The position numbers were made by a program, and so were the translations under genes. Below the pieces are notes generated by a model that worked only from the letters and a program-made list of their open reading frames with translations, was not told the DNA's origin and ran no database searches. Source: an uncultured Thermoleophilia bacterium (GTDB lineage Bacteria; Actinomycetota; Thermoleophilia; UBA2241). Taken from it: a stretch of DNA of 64,000 nt. This document shows positions 31,812-41,997 of the stretch, in pieces; position 1 is the stretch's first letter; every line of letters starts with the position of its first letter. The DNA lies in contig CAVPCT010000009.1 of the NCBI GenBank assembly GCA_963702475.1, positions 64,001-128,000 of the forward strand. The letters run 5' to 3'.

Positions 31812-32594
31812 ATGGAGGCCGAGTACGCGACTGTCATCTACGAGAAGACCGGCCCGACGGCGTGGATCACGCTCAACCGGCCGGAAAAGCGCAACGCGCA
31901 GAGCGACGAGCTGCGCGTGGAGATGGCGCACGCGCTCGAAGATGCGGGCCTCGACAAGGACGTGCACGTGGTCGTGATCACGGGCGCCGGAGAGGCCTTC
32001 AGCGCCGGCGCCGACATCGACGAGTTCCCCACGCGCCTGCTCACCGACGCCGTCATCTACAAGGCGCGTCGCCGGCCGCACGAGGCCATCCGCACGCTGC
32101 CGAAACCGGTGATCGCCATGGTGAACGGCCTCGCCCTAGGCGGCGGCTGCGAGCTCGTCCTGGCCGCCGACCTGGCCATCGCCGCCGACACGGCCAGGTT
32201 CGGCCAGCCCGAGATCCGCGTGGGCGTGATCCCGGGCTGCGGCGGCACGCAGGTGCTCCCTCGGCTCATGGGCGAGAAGCGCGCCAAGGAGTTCATCTTC
32301 AGCGGCCGCATGATGGACGCCGACGAGGCCCTCAGCTACGGCATCATCAACAAGGTCGTGCCGGCGGTGGAGCTTCGCGAGGCCACCGAGAAGATGGTCG
32401 GCGACCTGCTGCGCAACAGCCCCGCCATCCTCAAGATCGCCAAGCTGGCCGTCAACAAGTCGCTCGATCTGCCGCTGACGGTCGGCATGGACTACGAGCG
32501 CGAGCTCTACGCCATGTGTTTCGGCACCGAGGACCAGAAGGAGGGCGCGCGGGCCTTCTTCGAGAAGAGGAAGCCCGAGTACACGGGACGATAA
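31812..32594 (+). CDS. Enoyl-CoA hydratase/isomerase
   Basis: ITLNRPEKRNA, AFSAGADI, GGGCE and FGQPE (both catalytic Glu), EGARAFFEKR. Confidence 0.95.
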   Translation: MEAEYATVIYEKTGPTAWITLNRPEKRNAQSDELRVEMAHALEDAGLDKDVHVVVITGAGEAFSAGADIDEFPTRLLTDAVIYKARRRPHEAIRTLPKPVIAMVNGLALGGGCELVLAADLAIAADTARFGQPEIRVGVIPGCGGTQVLPRLMGEKRAKEFIFSGRMMDADEALSYGIINKVVPAVELREATEKMVGDLLRNSPAILKIAKLAVNKSLDLPLTVGMDYERELYAMCFGTEDQKEGARAFFEKRKPEYTGR

Positions 32595-32652
32595 GCTAAC
32601 TGCGGGAGAGCGGCGCGACGAGCGCGCCGCGCCGCGACGCAGGGGGGCGGGG

Positions 32653-33501
32653 ATGGCGAACGAGGGCGCGGCCGGCGGACGGCGCCGCGCGGGGCAGGCC
32701 GGTGAGTCGCACCGGCGCGAGCGCGGCGACGCCAGTGTCGTCCGTACGCTGGCCACAGGGATGGCCCTGCTCGGCCTGTTCGACGCGGAGCACCGCGTGT
32801 GGAGCCTGGATGCCATGGTGGACCGCCTCGGGGTGTCGCGTATCACGGCGTACCGCATGGCCAGGACCCTGCAGGGCAGCGGACACCTCGTGAGCGACCC
32901 CAGCGTCGGCGGCTACCGCCTGGGGCCGGCCATGCTCGCCGGCATCTACCTCGCCGAGGGCTTCGAGCAGCTGGTCGAGGTGGCCCGGCCGTACCTGGAG
33001 GCGCTCAAGCAGGAGACCGGCGAGCTGGCCGCCATCGCGGTGGAGCTGGACGGGGTCGCCGTGTGCGCCGACCTGGTCGTCTCCTCCCGCCCCTACGTGC
33101 TGGAGATCGCCGTCGGGCGCGTCATCGGCGACACCGCCAACGCCCACGGCAAGATGTTCGCCGCCATGAAGCCGGAGGCCGAGCGGTCGCGCGTCGTGAA
33201 AAAACGTCACCCACGGCTCACGCCCCACACCATCACCGGCCCGGCGGAGCTCGCGGCCGAGTTCGAGCGCATCAGGCGTGAGGGACTGGCGTGGGACGTC
33301 GAGGAGCACGATCTGGGCACCTGCGCCGTCGTGGCCCCGGTGCGCAACCAGACGGGCGAGGTCATCGCCACGCTCGGCGTCGTCGTCCCGGCGGGCAGGT
33401 TCGGCCCCGAGGCGCGGGAGGCGTGCGCGGCGGCGGTGAAGGCGTCCGCGACGGCGCTCTCGGAGTTCTACGGGTACTCCACACGGCCGCCGGAGCCCTG
33501 A
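32653..33501 (+). CDS. IclR family transcriptional regulator, paralogue 2
   Basis: YRMARTL, YRLGP, and VGRVIGDTANAHGKMFAA identical to paralogue 1. Confidence 0.92.
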   Translation: MANEGAAGGRRRAGQAGESHRRERGDASVVRTLATGMALLGLFDAEHRVWSLDAMVDRLGVSRITAYRMARTLQGSGHLVSDPSVGGYRLGPAMLAGIYLAEGFEQLVEVARPYLEALKQETGELAAIAVELDGVAVCADLVVSSRPYVLEIAVGRVIGDTANAHGKMFAAMKPEAERSRVVKKRHPRLTPHTITGPAELAAEFERIRREGLAWDVEEHDLGTCAVVAPVRNQTGEVIATLGVVVPAGRFGPEAREACAAAVKASATALSEFYGYSTRPPEP

Positions 33502-33536
33502 TCGCAGGCGCCGCCCCGGCATCCAACGAAATCCAC

Positions 33537-33564
33537 TTGTCACTATACGATAGTGCGGTATCAT
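33537..33564 (+). promoter_or_regulatory. Promoter TTGTCA-16-TATCAT with CGATA-N6-TATCA site
   Basis: -35 at 33537-33542, -10 at 33559-33564, palindrome at 33548-33563. Confidence 0.6.
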
Positions 33565-33623
33565 GTCCGCACCTCGGCCCACCGGCACGGGCCCGTCAGG
33601 CACCGTCAGATCAGGGAGACCTC

Positions 33624-35012
33624 ATGAGCAGCAACGATGCACGCGAAGCGGAACTGATGCAGCTGTCCTGGCCGGACGCCCCCAGCATGGTGACCGAGGT
33701 CCCCGGGCCCAGGGTCGCGGCGCTCATGGAGGAGTCCGCGAAGTACGAGTCCTTCACGCGCGGCGGCGGCGGCTTCCCCGTCATCCTCGAGCAGGGCAAA
33801 GGGGTCACGGTCAAGGACGCCGACGGCAACCTGTACATCGATATGGCCGCCGGCGTGGCCGTCAACGCCGTGGGGCGGGCGCACCCCAGGGTGCTCGACG
33901 CCATCCGCCGCCAGTGCGACGTCATCATGCACACCACCGACATCACCAACCCCAAGCGCCTCGAGCTGGCCAAGAAGGTCTCGTCGGTGATGCCCGAGGG
34001 TCTGGCAGGCAAGTGCCACACGGCCGTGTACCAGGCGGGTTCGGACGCGGTCGAGACGGCCATCAAGTTCGCCCGCGCGTACACCGGACGCTCGCAGATG
34101 GTCGCCTTCCACGGCGCCTACCACGGGGTGTGGATGGGCACGGCGGCGCTGACGACCTCGTACAACTACCGCCACGGGTGGGGCCCGATGATGCCGGGCG
34201 TCATCCACCTGCCGTACGCCTACTGCTACCGCTGCCCGTTCGGCATGGAGTACCCCGCCTGCGACGTGCAGTGCGGCAAGTACGTCGACCAGGTCCTCAA
34301 CGGGCCGTACACCGGCGCCGACGACGTCGCTGCGGTCATCGTCGAGGCGCAGCAGGGGGAGGGCGGCTACGTCGACCCGCCGCCGGCGTTCCTCGAGGCC
34401 ATCAAGGCGGCCTGTGAGAAGAACGGCTGCCTCTACATCGCCGACGAGGTGCAGGCCGGCGCCGGCCGCACCGGCAAGATGTGGGCCGTCCAGCACTCGT
34501 CTGTCGTCCCCGACATGCTCACGTGGGGCAAGGGCATGGGCGGCGACATGCCCATGGCCGGGGTCACCTACCGCGCCGAGATGGAGGAGGCTCTGCGCGA
34601 GGGCTCGCAGCCGTCCACCTTCGCCGGCAATGCCATGGGGTGCGAGGTCGCGATGACCAACATCGACATCATCACCGACCCCAAGGCCGACCTCATCGGC
34701 CGCGCGGCCTCCTTGGGCGCCGAGATCAAGGGCCTGTTCACCGACGCCATGGCCGACGTCAAGTGCATCGGCGACGTGCGCGGCAACGGCCTCATGATCG
34801 GCATCGAGGTCGTCGCCGACCGCGCGACGAAGGAGCCTCTCGCCGGCGAGAAGGTCGGCGAGATCACCTTCAGGCTGCTCAACTCCGGCATCCTCATGAC
34901 GCCGTGCGGGCGCCACGCCAACGTGTTCCGCTTCATGCCGCCGCTCACGATCCCGCGCGACTACGCGATGACGGCGAGCGAGATCATGCTCGGCATCCTC
35001 AAGGACTACTGA
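33624..35012 (+). CDS. Class III PLP aminotransferase (4-aminobutyrate/amine transaminase-like)
   Basis: DADGNLYID, GSDAVETA, FHGAYHG, QGEGG, DEVQAGAGRTG, PLP Lys in GKGMGG, STFAGN. Confidence 0.93.
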   Translation: MSSNDAREAELMQLSWPDAPSMVTEVPGPRVAALMEESAKYESFTRGGGGFPVILEQGKGVTVKDADGNLYIDMAAGVAVNAVGRAHPRVLDAIRRQCDVIMHTTDITNPKRLELAKKVSSVMPEGLAGKCHTAVYQAGSDAVETAIKFARAYTGRSQMVAFHGAYHGVWMGTAALTTSYNYRHGWGPMMPGVIHLPYAYCYRCPFGMEYPACDVQCGKYVDQVLNGPYTGADDVAAVIVEAQQGEGGYVDPPPAFLEAIKAACEKNGCLYIADEVQAGAGRTGKMWAVQHSSVVPDMLTWGKGMGGDMPMAGVTYRAEMEEALREGSQPSTFAGNAMGCEVAMTNIDIITDPKADLIGRAASLGAEIKGLFTDAMADVKCIGDVRGNGLMIGIEVVADRATKEPLAGEKVGEITFRLLNSGILMTPCGRHANVFRFMPPLTIPRDYAMTASEIMLGILKDY

Positions 35013-35103
35013 GCCAGGCCGACGGGCGCACCACGGGCGGCGGGGCGTGAGGGGGCGCTCCGCCGCCCTTTCCGCCCACCGGCACCGCGAGGGGGAGGAC
35101 GGC

Positions 35104-35922
35104 GTGGACGACGCGCTGCGTTTCATCCAGGTCGGCGAGCTGGTCAAGGGCATCAGCGAGGGGACGCTGGCGCCCGACGAGCTGCTCGCCGGCTCGACCT
35201 TGAGCCTGCACGCCGAGGACGGGAGCGTCACACGCCTCACCTTCGGCGCCGGCGGGCGCCTGGTGTGGGAGGTCACGGACGGTCCCGGCGCGGGGGCGCG
35301 TGGGGAGGAGACGTGCCGCATCACGCGGCCGCGGCCCGACGTGGTCGTCGTCGACTACGTGAGCGCGACGCAGCGGGCCACGTCTGTCACCGTCGTGCTC
35401 GACATGGACCGGGCGGCGGCCACCACCGTGGTCGGCATCCTGCCGACCGCGGCGCGGGCCGCCGTCGGCGCCTTCGAACTGGCGACGGCGGGCGAGGAGC
35501 TCACCTCCGTCGCCGTCACCTTCGTGCGCAGCGCCATCGGCCGGCCGTTCGACGCCGCTTCGCACCCGCACGTACCCACCGCCGGTCTCGTCGGCAAGCG
35601 CGTGGAGTACGTGTACAGCCGCACCGAGAAGTACGAGCACATCTACCTGAACGAGGACCTGTACACGTGGCAGTGCCTCGACGGCAGTGAGAAGGGGCTC
35701 GCCGACACCGACCGCTGTCACTACCGCCTGATCGGCGACGAGCTCTACCTGTTCGTGTGGCGCGAGAAGATCGTCCCCACACTCGGCGTGGTGCTCGTGG
35801 ACTGGCGCGCCAAGGTCTCGAACGGCAAGCTGTTCGGCTACGAGGGCGGCGACTTCGGCGCCCTCTCCACTACGCCCATCTCGTCACAGGCCACGCTGCT
35901 GAACGTCACGACCTATGTCTGA
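35104..35922 (+). CDS. MoaF family protein
   Basis: FIQVGEL N-terminus; LVGKRVEYVYS..EKYEHIYLN..YTWQCL.GSEKGLADTDRC...LFVWREKIVPTLG characteristic of MoaF domains. Confidence 0.8.
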   Translation: MDDALRFIQVGELVKGISEGTLAPDELLAGSTLSLHAEDGSVTRLTFGAGGRLVWEVTDGPGAGARGEETCRITRPRPDVVVVDYVSATQRATSVTVVLDMDRAAATTVVGILPTAARAAVGAFELATAGEELTSVAVTFVRSAIGRPFDAASHPHVPTAGLVGKRVEYVYSRTEKYEHIYLNEDLYTWQCLDGSEKGLADTDRCHYRLIGDELYLFVWREKIVPTLGVVLVDWRAKVSNGKLFGYEGGDFGALSTTPISSQATLLNVTTYV

Positions 35923-36330
35923 GACCGGCCTGGCGGCCTCAGCAGCTCGCCGCGGAGGCGGCGGATACCGCACGCGCAGGCGGCGCCTCGCGTCGCTCTC
36001 GGCAGACCCACCGCTCCGCGCTTGTCAGCCCATACATCGTGGGGTATTTTCCTGGTTCAGCTGTTTGCACTAGCGGCGGCGAGCTTACTGGACGCGTTGG
36101 CCGGTGGTTCGCATCCCGGGGCCGAGGCAGCGGACCGGACGGACGAAAGGAGCGACACCAGGGGGAACGTCAGCCTCACGGTCGCGCGAAGGTCCTGTCA
36201 TTCCAGAGGGTGGCGAGGGGACCGTCCGTCGGCAGTCGAACGACCGGCATCCGTTCGCCGTGAGGCGCCGCAGTCGATCCGCACAACGAGCACACTCTCC
36301 GCACAGCTTTTCCACAGGGGGACTGAGACT

Positions 36331-37563
36331 ATGCAGAGGAAAGTCACGTTCATCGTCCTTGCGCTGGTGCTGGCGCTGGCCTTCGCGTCGGCGTTGGCCG
36401 CGTGCGGCTCCGATTCCGGGGACACCGGCGCGCGCGAGGAGTCGGGGTCGCCCGCTCCGGCGGCCACCGGCGAACCCATCAAGATCGGCTTCGACGAAGG
36501 CTTCACCGGGTTCATGGCGGTCGACGCCGACATGACCGACAAGGGCATCGAGCTCGCCCTCGAGCAGCTCGGCAACCAGATCGCCGGCCGGCCGGTGGAG
36601 TACATCAAGGCCGACAACGCCTCCGACCCCGTCCAGGCGGTCGACAAGGCCAGGCAGCTCGTCGAGAGCGACGGCATCGACGTCATGATCGGGCCGATCT
36701 TCTCGCCGGCCAACGCGGCCGTCACCGACTACCTGGCGAAGAACGGCGGTATCCCCTCCATCTCCATCTACGGGCAGCCGATCGACAACATGAAGACCGC
36801 CAACGGCCTCTCCTTCGTGCCCAGCGGCCTGTTCTCGTTCGCCGGCTACCTCACCGGCAAATACGCGGCCGAAGAGATGGGCTGGAAGACCGCCAACTGC
36901 ATCAACTACGAAGACACGGCCGGGCGGCAGCTGCAGGAGGGCTTCAACCACGGCTTCGAGGAGGCCGGCGGCGAGATCCTGAGCACGCAGTTCGTGCCCA
37001 TCGACGCCGTCGACTTCAGCTCCTACATCACCAGCATCAAGGACGCCGACTGCACCTACTGGTGGATCTTCGGCAACGGCGCGGCGCCGTTCGTGAAGCA
37101 GTACAAGGACTACGGCCTCACCGCGCCGCTCATCACGGCCATGGCCAGCAACCTCACCGAGCCGCAGCTGGCCGACCTGGGCGACAACGCCCTCGGTCTC
37201 ATCGGCGGGGAGTTCTACACGCCCGAGATCGACAACGAGATCAACAAGGAGTTCGTCGAGGCCTACAAGGCTAAGTACGACGGCCAGTACCCGACCATGC
37301 AGAGCTTCGGCGCCTGGCTGGCGGTCAACCTGTTCGCGGGGGCCGTGGAGCAGCTGGGCGGCGACACGACGCCGGCCAAGCTCATCGAGGCCATGTCGAG
37401 CGTCACCATCGACACGCCGGCCGGCCCATACACGATGAGTGCGTACGAGGACATGTTCGTCGGCACCGGCAACTACTACATGATGGAGACCAAGCAGGTG
37501 GGCGACCGCATCGCGTGGGTGCCGGTCTTCACCTACGAGGGTCTGCTGCACGAGCAGAAGTGA
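36331..37563 (+). CDS. Liv-type (periplasmic binding protein type 1) ABC substrate-binding lipoprotein
   Basis: Lipobox LAAC, PIKIG, IAGRPVE, DNASDP..A..KARQLV, GPIFS and DFSSY motifs. Confidence 0.9.
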   Translation: MQRKVTFIVLALVLALAFASALAACGSDSGDTGAREESGSPAPAATGEPIKIGFDEGFTGFMAVDADMTDKGIELALEQLGNQIAGRPVEYIKADNASDPVQAVDKARQLVESDGIDVMIGPIFSPANAAVTDYLAKNGGIPSISIYGQPIDNMKTANGLSFVPSGLFSFAGYLTGKYAAEEMGWKTANCINYEDTAGRQLQEGFNHGFEEAGGEILSTQFVPIDAVDFSSYITSIKDADCTYWWIFGNGAAPFVKQYKDYGLTAPLITAMASNLTEPQLADLGDNALGLIGGEFYTPEIDNEINKEFVEAYKAKYDGQYPTMQSFGAWLAVNLFAGAVEQLGGDTTPAKLIEAMSSVTIDTPAGPYTMSAYEDMFVGTGNYYMMETKQVGDRIAWVPVFTYEGLLHEQK

Positions 37564-37601
37564 CCCGTCCGGCTCTCGCAGGGCGAGTCTGAGACGGACG
37601 T

Positions 37602-37638
37602 GGAGGGGGCCCGCGGCCACTGGCCGCGGGCCCCCTCC
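37602..37638 (+). terminator. Perfect GC hairpin after the SBP gene
   Basis: GGAGGGGGCCCGCGGCCA and TGGCCGCGGGCCCCCTCC form an 18-bp inverted repeat. Confidence 0.7.
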
Positions 37639-37817
37639 GCATCACCGTCCCGCACGCGCCTCTGCTGTGTGACGTCATCAGCGTGATCACGCAGCGCGCC
37701 TCGGCGTGTCAAATGCGTAACGTGGATATCACGAACGCACAGAGTCGCACAGGCACGGTTTCGCCGTCATCCGGGGGTGTCGTCCGGGGGGGCGGGATGC
37801 GGGCATGCGAACTGCTC

Positions 37818-37845
37818 TTGCCAGGTCGTGATATCGGTATATCAT
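37818..37845 (+). promoter_or_regulatory. Promoter TTGCCA-16-TATCAT with TGATA-N6-TATCA site
   Basis: -35 at 37818-37823; palindrome TGATA-TCGGTA-TATCA at 37829-37844. Confidence 0.62.
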
Positions 37846-38025
37846 TTCCCGCAACAGGCACCCGTCCGGGGGGTGTCGCCTCACCGGGTCCGGAGAGGTG
37901 GCACGAGGCACCGCGACCGCCGGCAGCGTCAGGGAGGTGGGACACAAGCGCGACGAGCTCCATCGTGAACACCGGCGCGCTGCCGGACCGCTGCTGAAGT
38001 GCTTCTGTCAACGCTAGGGGGGCGT

Positions 38026-38886
38026 GTGAGCACATTCACCATCACGACGCTGAACGGCGTCTCATACGCGTTCATCCTGTTCCTTCTGGCCGCGGGGTTC
38101 TCCCTGACCTTCGGCGTGATGGGTGTCCTGAACCTCGCGCACGGCGCCCTGTACATGATGGGCGCGTACTTCGGCCTCGCCATCGTGAGCAGGCTCGACA
38201 CCTTCTGGCTCGGCGTGGTCGTCGCGGCCGCCGGCACGGGGCTCATCGGCCTCGGCATCTACTACTTCTTCCTCCGTCACCTGTACGGCAAGGTGCCCGA
38301 GCAGGCGGTGCTGACCATCGGCCTGGGGTACGCCTTCGCGAACATGGTCCTCTGGATCTGGGGGCCGTTCGCGAAGATGGGCATGACGCCCGAGCTGTTC
38401 ACCGGCGTGGTGCGCATCGGCCACCTCGCCTTCCCGATCTACCGTCTGGCCATCGTCGGCATCGGCCTCGCCCTGCTCATCGTGCTCTGGTGGATGCAGG
38501 ACAAGACGCGCGTGGGCGCCATCATCCGCGCCGGCATGGACAACAAGGAGATGACCCGCAGCCTGGGCATCAACTACGGGCTGGTGAGCACCCTGGTGTT
38601 TCTGTTCGGCGCCGCGCTGGCCGGCTTCGCCGGCATCCTCGGCGCCCCCATCCTCGGCGCCTTTCCCTCCATGGGCGACGCGCTCCTGCTGCTCACCCTC
38701 ATGGTCGTGGTCGTCGGGGGCACCGGCTACATCCAGGGCACCATGCTGGGCGCCCTGATCATCGGGCTGCTCGACACCTACGGCAAGGCGTACGTGCCGC
38801 AGGCGGCCCTGTTCACGTCCTACGTGGTCTTTCTCGTCGTCCTGCTCATCCGCCCGAGCGGCCTGATCGGGCGGAAGGTCTTCTGA
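38026..38886 (+). CDS. Liv-type ABC permease (LivH-like)
   Basis: GFSLTFGVMGVLNLAHG, T..GAIIRA, LGIN and VVVGG.G motifs. Confidence 0.92.
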   Translation: MSTFTITTLNGVSYAFILFLLAAGFSLTFGVMGVLNLAHGALYMMGAYFGLAIVSRLDTFWLGVVVAAAGTGLIGLGIYYFFLRHLYGKVPEQAVLTIGLGYAFANMVLWIWGPFAKMGMTPELFTGVVRIGHLAFPIYRLAIVGIGLALLIVLWWMQDKTRVGAIIRAGMDNKEMTRSLGINYGLVSTLVFLFGAALAGFAGILGAPILGAFPSMGDALLLLTLMVVVVGGTGYIQGTMLGALIIGLLDTYGKAYVPQAALFTSYVVFLVVLLIRPSGLIGRKVF

Positions 38887-39953
38887 TGGCCGTGCAGGTC
38901 AGGCCGGGCCCCTTCACGGGCCGCCTCTTCGCGCGCAAGGCCGTCGCCGCCCCCGCGGAGCAGAGCGGGGCGCGGGCCTGGGCGCTCAAGCTGCTGCCGC
39001 TGGTGATACTCGTCGCGCTCATGCTCCTCCTGCCCACGTTCGTGCCCTCGTACATCCAGAGTCTCATCACCAAGATGATGATCTTCGCGCTCTTTGGCGT
39101 GAGCATGAACATCCTCTGGGGCTACGCCGGCATCCCGACCTTCGGCCACGCCGCCTACTTCGGCTTCGGCGGCTACGCCTGCGGCATCCTCATCGTGCAC
39201 GGCGGCGTCGCCAGCTTCTGGCTCAACCTGGTGCTGGTCGTCGTGTTCACGGGCCTGCTTGCCGCCGGCCTCGGTATCCCGGCCTTCCGCGTGTACGGCG
39301 TCGGGGCGTCCGACAACCCGATCTACTTCCTGCTGGTCACCCTGGCCTTCGGGGAGCTCATGGTGCGCGTGGCGATCGCCGCGCGCTCGCTCACCGGCGG
39401 GTCCACGGGTTTGGCAGGCATCCCGTATCCGCAGGATGTGTTCCCCGGGGTCACCATCAACTCGCGGAGCTTCTACTTCCTCGTGCTGCTGGTCGTGGCC
39501 GTCTGTCTCGTCCTCATCTACAGGCTGGTCAACTCGCACTACGGGTACGCCCTGCGGGGCATCCACGACAACGAGCGCCGCATGCAGGCCCTGGGTTACA
39601 ACACGTGGCTGTACAAGTGGACGTCGTACATCATCGCCGGCGCGTTCGGCGGCATCGCCGGCGCCCTCTTCGCCTACTTCGGGGGGGTGATGGTGCCGGG
39701 CAACATGGGCATGGCGATGACCGACATCGTGTTCCTCATCGTCATCATCGGCAGCGCCTCCATCTACTTCGGCCCCATCGTCGGCGCCGTCCTCGTGGTC
39801 GGCGTCGAGTACCTGGCCAGCGTGTACGTGCCGGACCGCTGGCCGCTCATCATGGGCGCCCTCATCGTGTTCGTCATCATGATCATCCCGCAGGGTGTCG
39901 GCGTGCTGCTGCTGAACCTGTGGAGGAGGGTCTCTCATGGCACCGATTCTTGA
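38886..39953 (+). CDS. Liv-type ABC permease (LivM-like)
   Basis: NILWGYAG..TFGHAAYFG, TLAFGE, LTGG..G, IHDNE and GPIVGA motifs. Confidence 0.92.
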   Translation: MAVQVRPGPFTGRLFARKAVAAPAEQSGARAWALKLLPLVILVALMLLLPTFVPSYIQSLITKMMIFALFGVSMNILWGYAGIPTFGHAAYFGFGGYACGILIVHGGVASFWLNLVLVVVFTGLLAAGLGIPAFRVYGVGASDNPIYFLLVTLAFGELMVRVAIAARSLTGGSTGLAGIPYPQDVFPGVTINSRSFYFLVLLVVAVCLVLIYRLVNSHYGYALRGIHDNERRMQALGYNTWLYKWTSYIIAGAFGGIAGALFAYFGGVMVPGNMGMAMTDIVFLIVIIGSASIYFGPIVGAVLVVGVEYLASVYVPDRWPLIMGALIVFVIMIIPQGVGVLLLNLWRRVSHGTDS

Positions 39954-40703
39954 GGTACAGGACCTCTCCGTGCACTTCGGCGGCCTGGCGGCCGTCAAGG
40001 ACGTCACCTTCACCGTCGAGGAGGGCGAGCGCCTGGCCATGATCGGCCCCAACGGGGCCGGCAAGACCACGCTGTTCAACCTGCTCACCGGACAGCTCAA
40101 GCCGTCGGGCGGCAAGGTGCTGTTCAAGGGGCAGGACATCACCCACAAGCCCGTGTTCGCGCGCACCCAGCTCGGCATCGCGCGCTCGTTCCAGATCACC
40201 AGTCTGTTCCCCAACGAGACAGTGCGCGTCAACGCGCTCATCGCGCTGCAGGGCACGCGCAAGGGGCGTTACGGCGTGCTCGGGGCACGTTCCGGAAGGA
40301 CAAGCACTTGCGCGCAGCCGCCCAGGAGCTCCTCGAGTCCATCGAACTGTGGGACAAGCGCAACGAGTTCGTCAGCTCGCTCGCCTACGGCGAGCAGCGC
40401 AAGCTCGAGATGGGGCTCAGCCTGGCCAGCGCCCCGGAGCTGCTGCTCCTGGACGAGCCCAGCTGCGGGCTCACGCCCACCGAGAGCGCCGACATCACGG
40501 AGCGCATCCGGCAGCTCGGCAAGAAGATCACCGTGCTGATGATCGCCCACGACATGGACCTCGTGTTCGGCGTGGCCGAACGCATCATCCTGCTGCACTT
40601 CGGCGAGATCTCGTGCGAGGGCACCTGCGAGGAGATCCGCGCCAACCAGACCGTCAAGGACATCTACATGGGCTCGCACAAGGCGAGCACCGCGGGGAAC
40701 TGA
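39937..40703 (+). CDS. Liv-type ABC ATP-binding protein (LivG-like); frameshift near 40290
   Basis: FGGLAAV, GPNGAGKTT, ARSFQ, LAYGEQRKLE and LLLLDEP motifs. Confidence 0.92.
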
Positions 40704-40705
40704 CG

Positions 40706-41413
40706 ATGCTGGTCATCAACGACATCCACACCTGGTACGGCGACAGCTACGTGCTCCAGGGCGTCGACATGGAGGTCAAGGACGGAAGCGTGGTCGCGCT
40801 GCTGGGCCGGAACGGCATGGGCAAGACCACCACGATCCGCTCCATCATCGGGCTCACGCCGCCGCGCAAAGGCAGCATCACGTTCAACGGCAAGGAGCTC
40901 GTCGGCCTGGCGCCGGAGCGCATCGCCCGAGCCGGCATCGGCCTGGTGCCGCAGGGGCGCATGATCTTTCCGTCGCTGTCGGTGACCGAGAACCTCACGA
41001 TGGCCGCGCGCACCGGCGACAAGAAGGACCCGTGGACGCTGGAGAAGGTGTACGAGACCTTTCCTCGCCTCAAGGAGCGCGGCAGGAACAAGGGCAACCT
41101 GCTGAGCGGCGGCGAGCAGCAGATGCTCACCATCGCCCGGGCCCTGATGACCAACCCGGACCTCATGATGCTCGACGAACCCTCGGAAGGGCTCGCACCC
41201 ATCGTGGTCCAGGAGGTCTACCGCGTCATCGAGAGGCTCAAGGCCGCCGGGCAGTCCATCCTCCTCGTGGAGCAGGACTTCGGCATGGCCATGAGCGTGG
41301 CCGACCACGCCTACATCATGAGCAAGGGATCGATCGTCTACGACTCCGCGCCGCAGGACCTGATCGAGAACGAGGCGGTGAAGGAGCAGTACCTCGGCGT
41401 GGGGGGGGAATGA
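40706..41413 (+). CDS. Liv-type ABC ATP-binding protein (LivF-like)
   Basis: GRNGMGKTT, FPRLKER, LSGGEQQML, DEPSEGLAP and LLVEQ motifs. Confidence 0.94.
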   Translation: MLVINDIHTWYGDSYVLQGVDMEVKDGSVVALLGRNGMGKTTTIRSIIGLTPPRKGSITFNGKELVGLAPERIARAGIGLVPQGRMIFPSLSVTENLTMAARTGDKKDPWTLEKVYETFPRLKERGRNKGNLLSGGEQQMLTIARALMTNPDLMMLDEPSEGLAPIVVQEVYRVIERLKAAGQSILLVEQDFGMAMSVADHAYIMSKGSIVYDSAPQDLIENEAVKEQYLGVGGE

Positions 41414-41460
41414 CCGACGCAGCGGGATCATCGACGGGTGCACCGAAGGGACACCCGTCA

Positions 41461-41903
41461 ATGACCCGGTACGGCACGTACGTGATCTCCGACCCCAAGC
41501 TGGTACACGACCTCGCGCACCACGACTACAGCTGCGTGAGCGGGTTCACGTACCCGGACCCGGTGTACCTGGACGCCGACCTCTGCCCGGAGGCCGGCAC
41601 CTGGCTCGACATCGTCTGGGTGTGGGAGAGGACCCTGCCGCGGGAGCTGCCCGGCCTGCACGCGCACCCCTTTCCCGGAGATCGTCCTCCTCGTCGGCTC
41701 TGACCCGCACGACCTCGACGACCTCGGCGGCGGTGGTGTCCTGGGGGATGGGGGAGGGCGCAGAGGCGGAGACGTTCACGCTCACGAAGACCACGGCGAT
41801 CTACGTGCCGGCCGGGCTGGCGCACGGCCCGCTGGTGTACGAGCGCGTCGACAGGCCGATCCTGAACATCGCCATCGGCTTGGGGAGCGGCGCCTACGGG
41901 TGA
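41461..41903 (+). CDS. Small cupin-like metal-binding hypothetical protein; frameshifts at about 41675-41735
   Basis: Joined frames give LHAHPFPEIVLLVGSDP..DLGG...AIYVPAGLAHGPL (HxH..E..H cupin pattern). Confidence 0.6.
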
Positions 41904-41997
41904 GCCGAAAGACGACGGGCGGCGGAGGCGCAGCGCCCCCGCCGCCCGGGCCGGCCATGGGGCGGCGCCACCGCCGGCGCCGCCCGCCTCCGGCGGG

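Noticed and set aside
36110-36230. Lysine or Moco riboswitch upstream of the SBP
   Set aside because: Only scattered short matches (GAAAGG, CTGTCA); the conserved cores and helices could not be built
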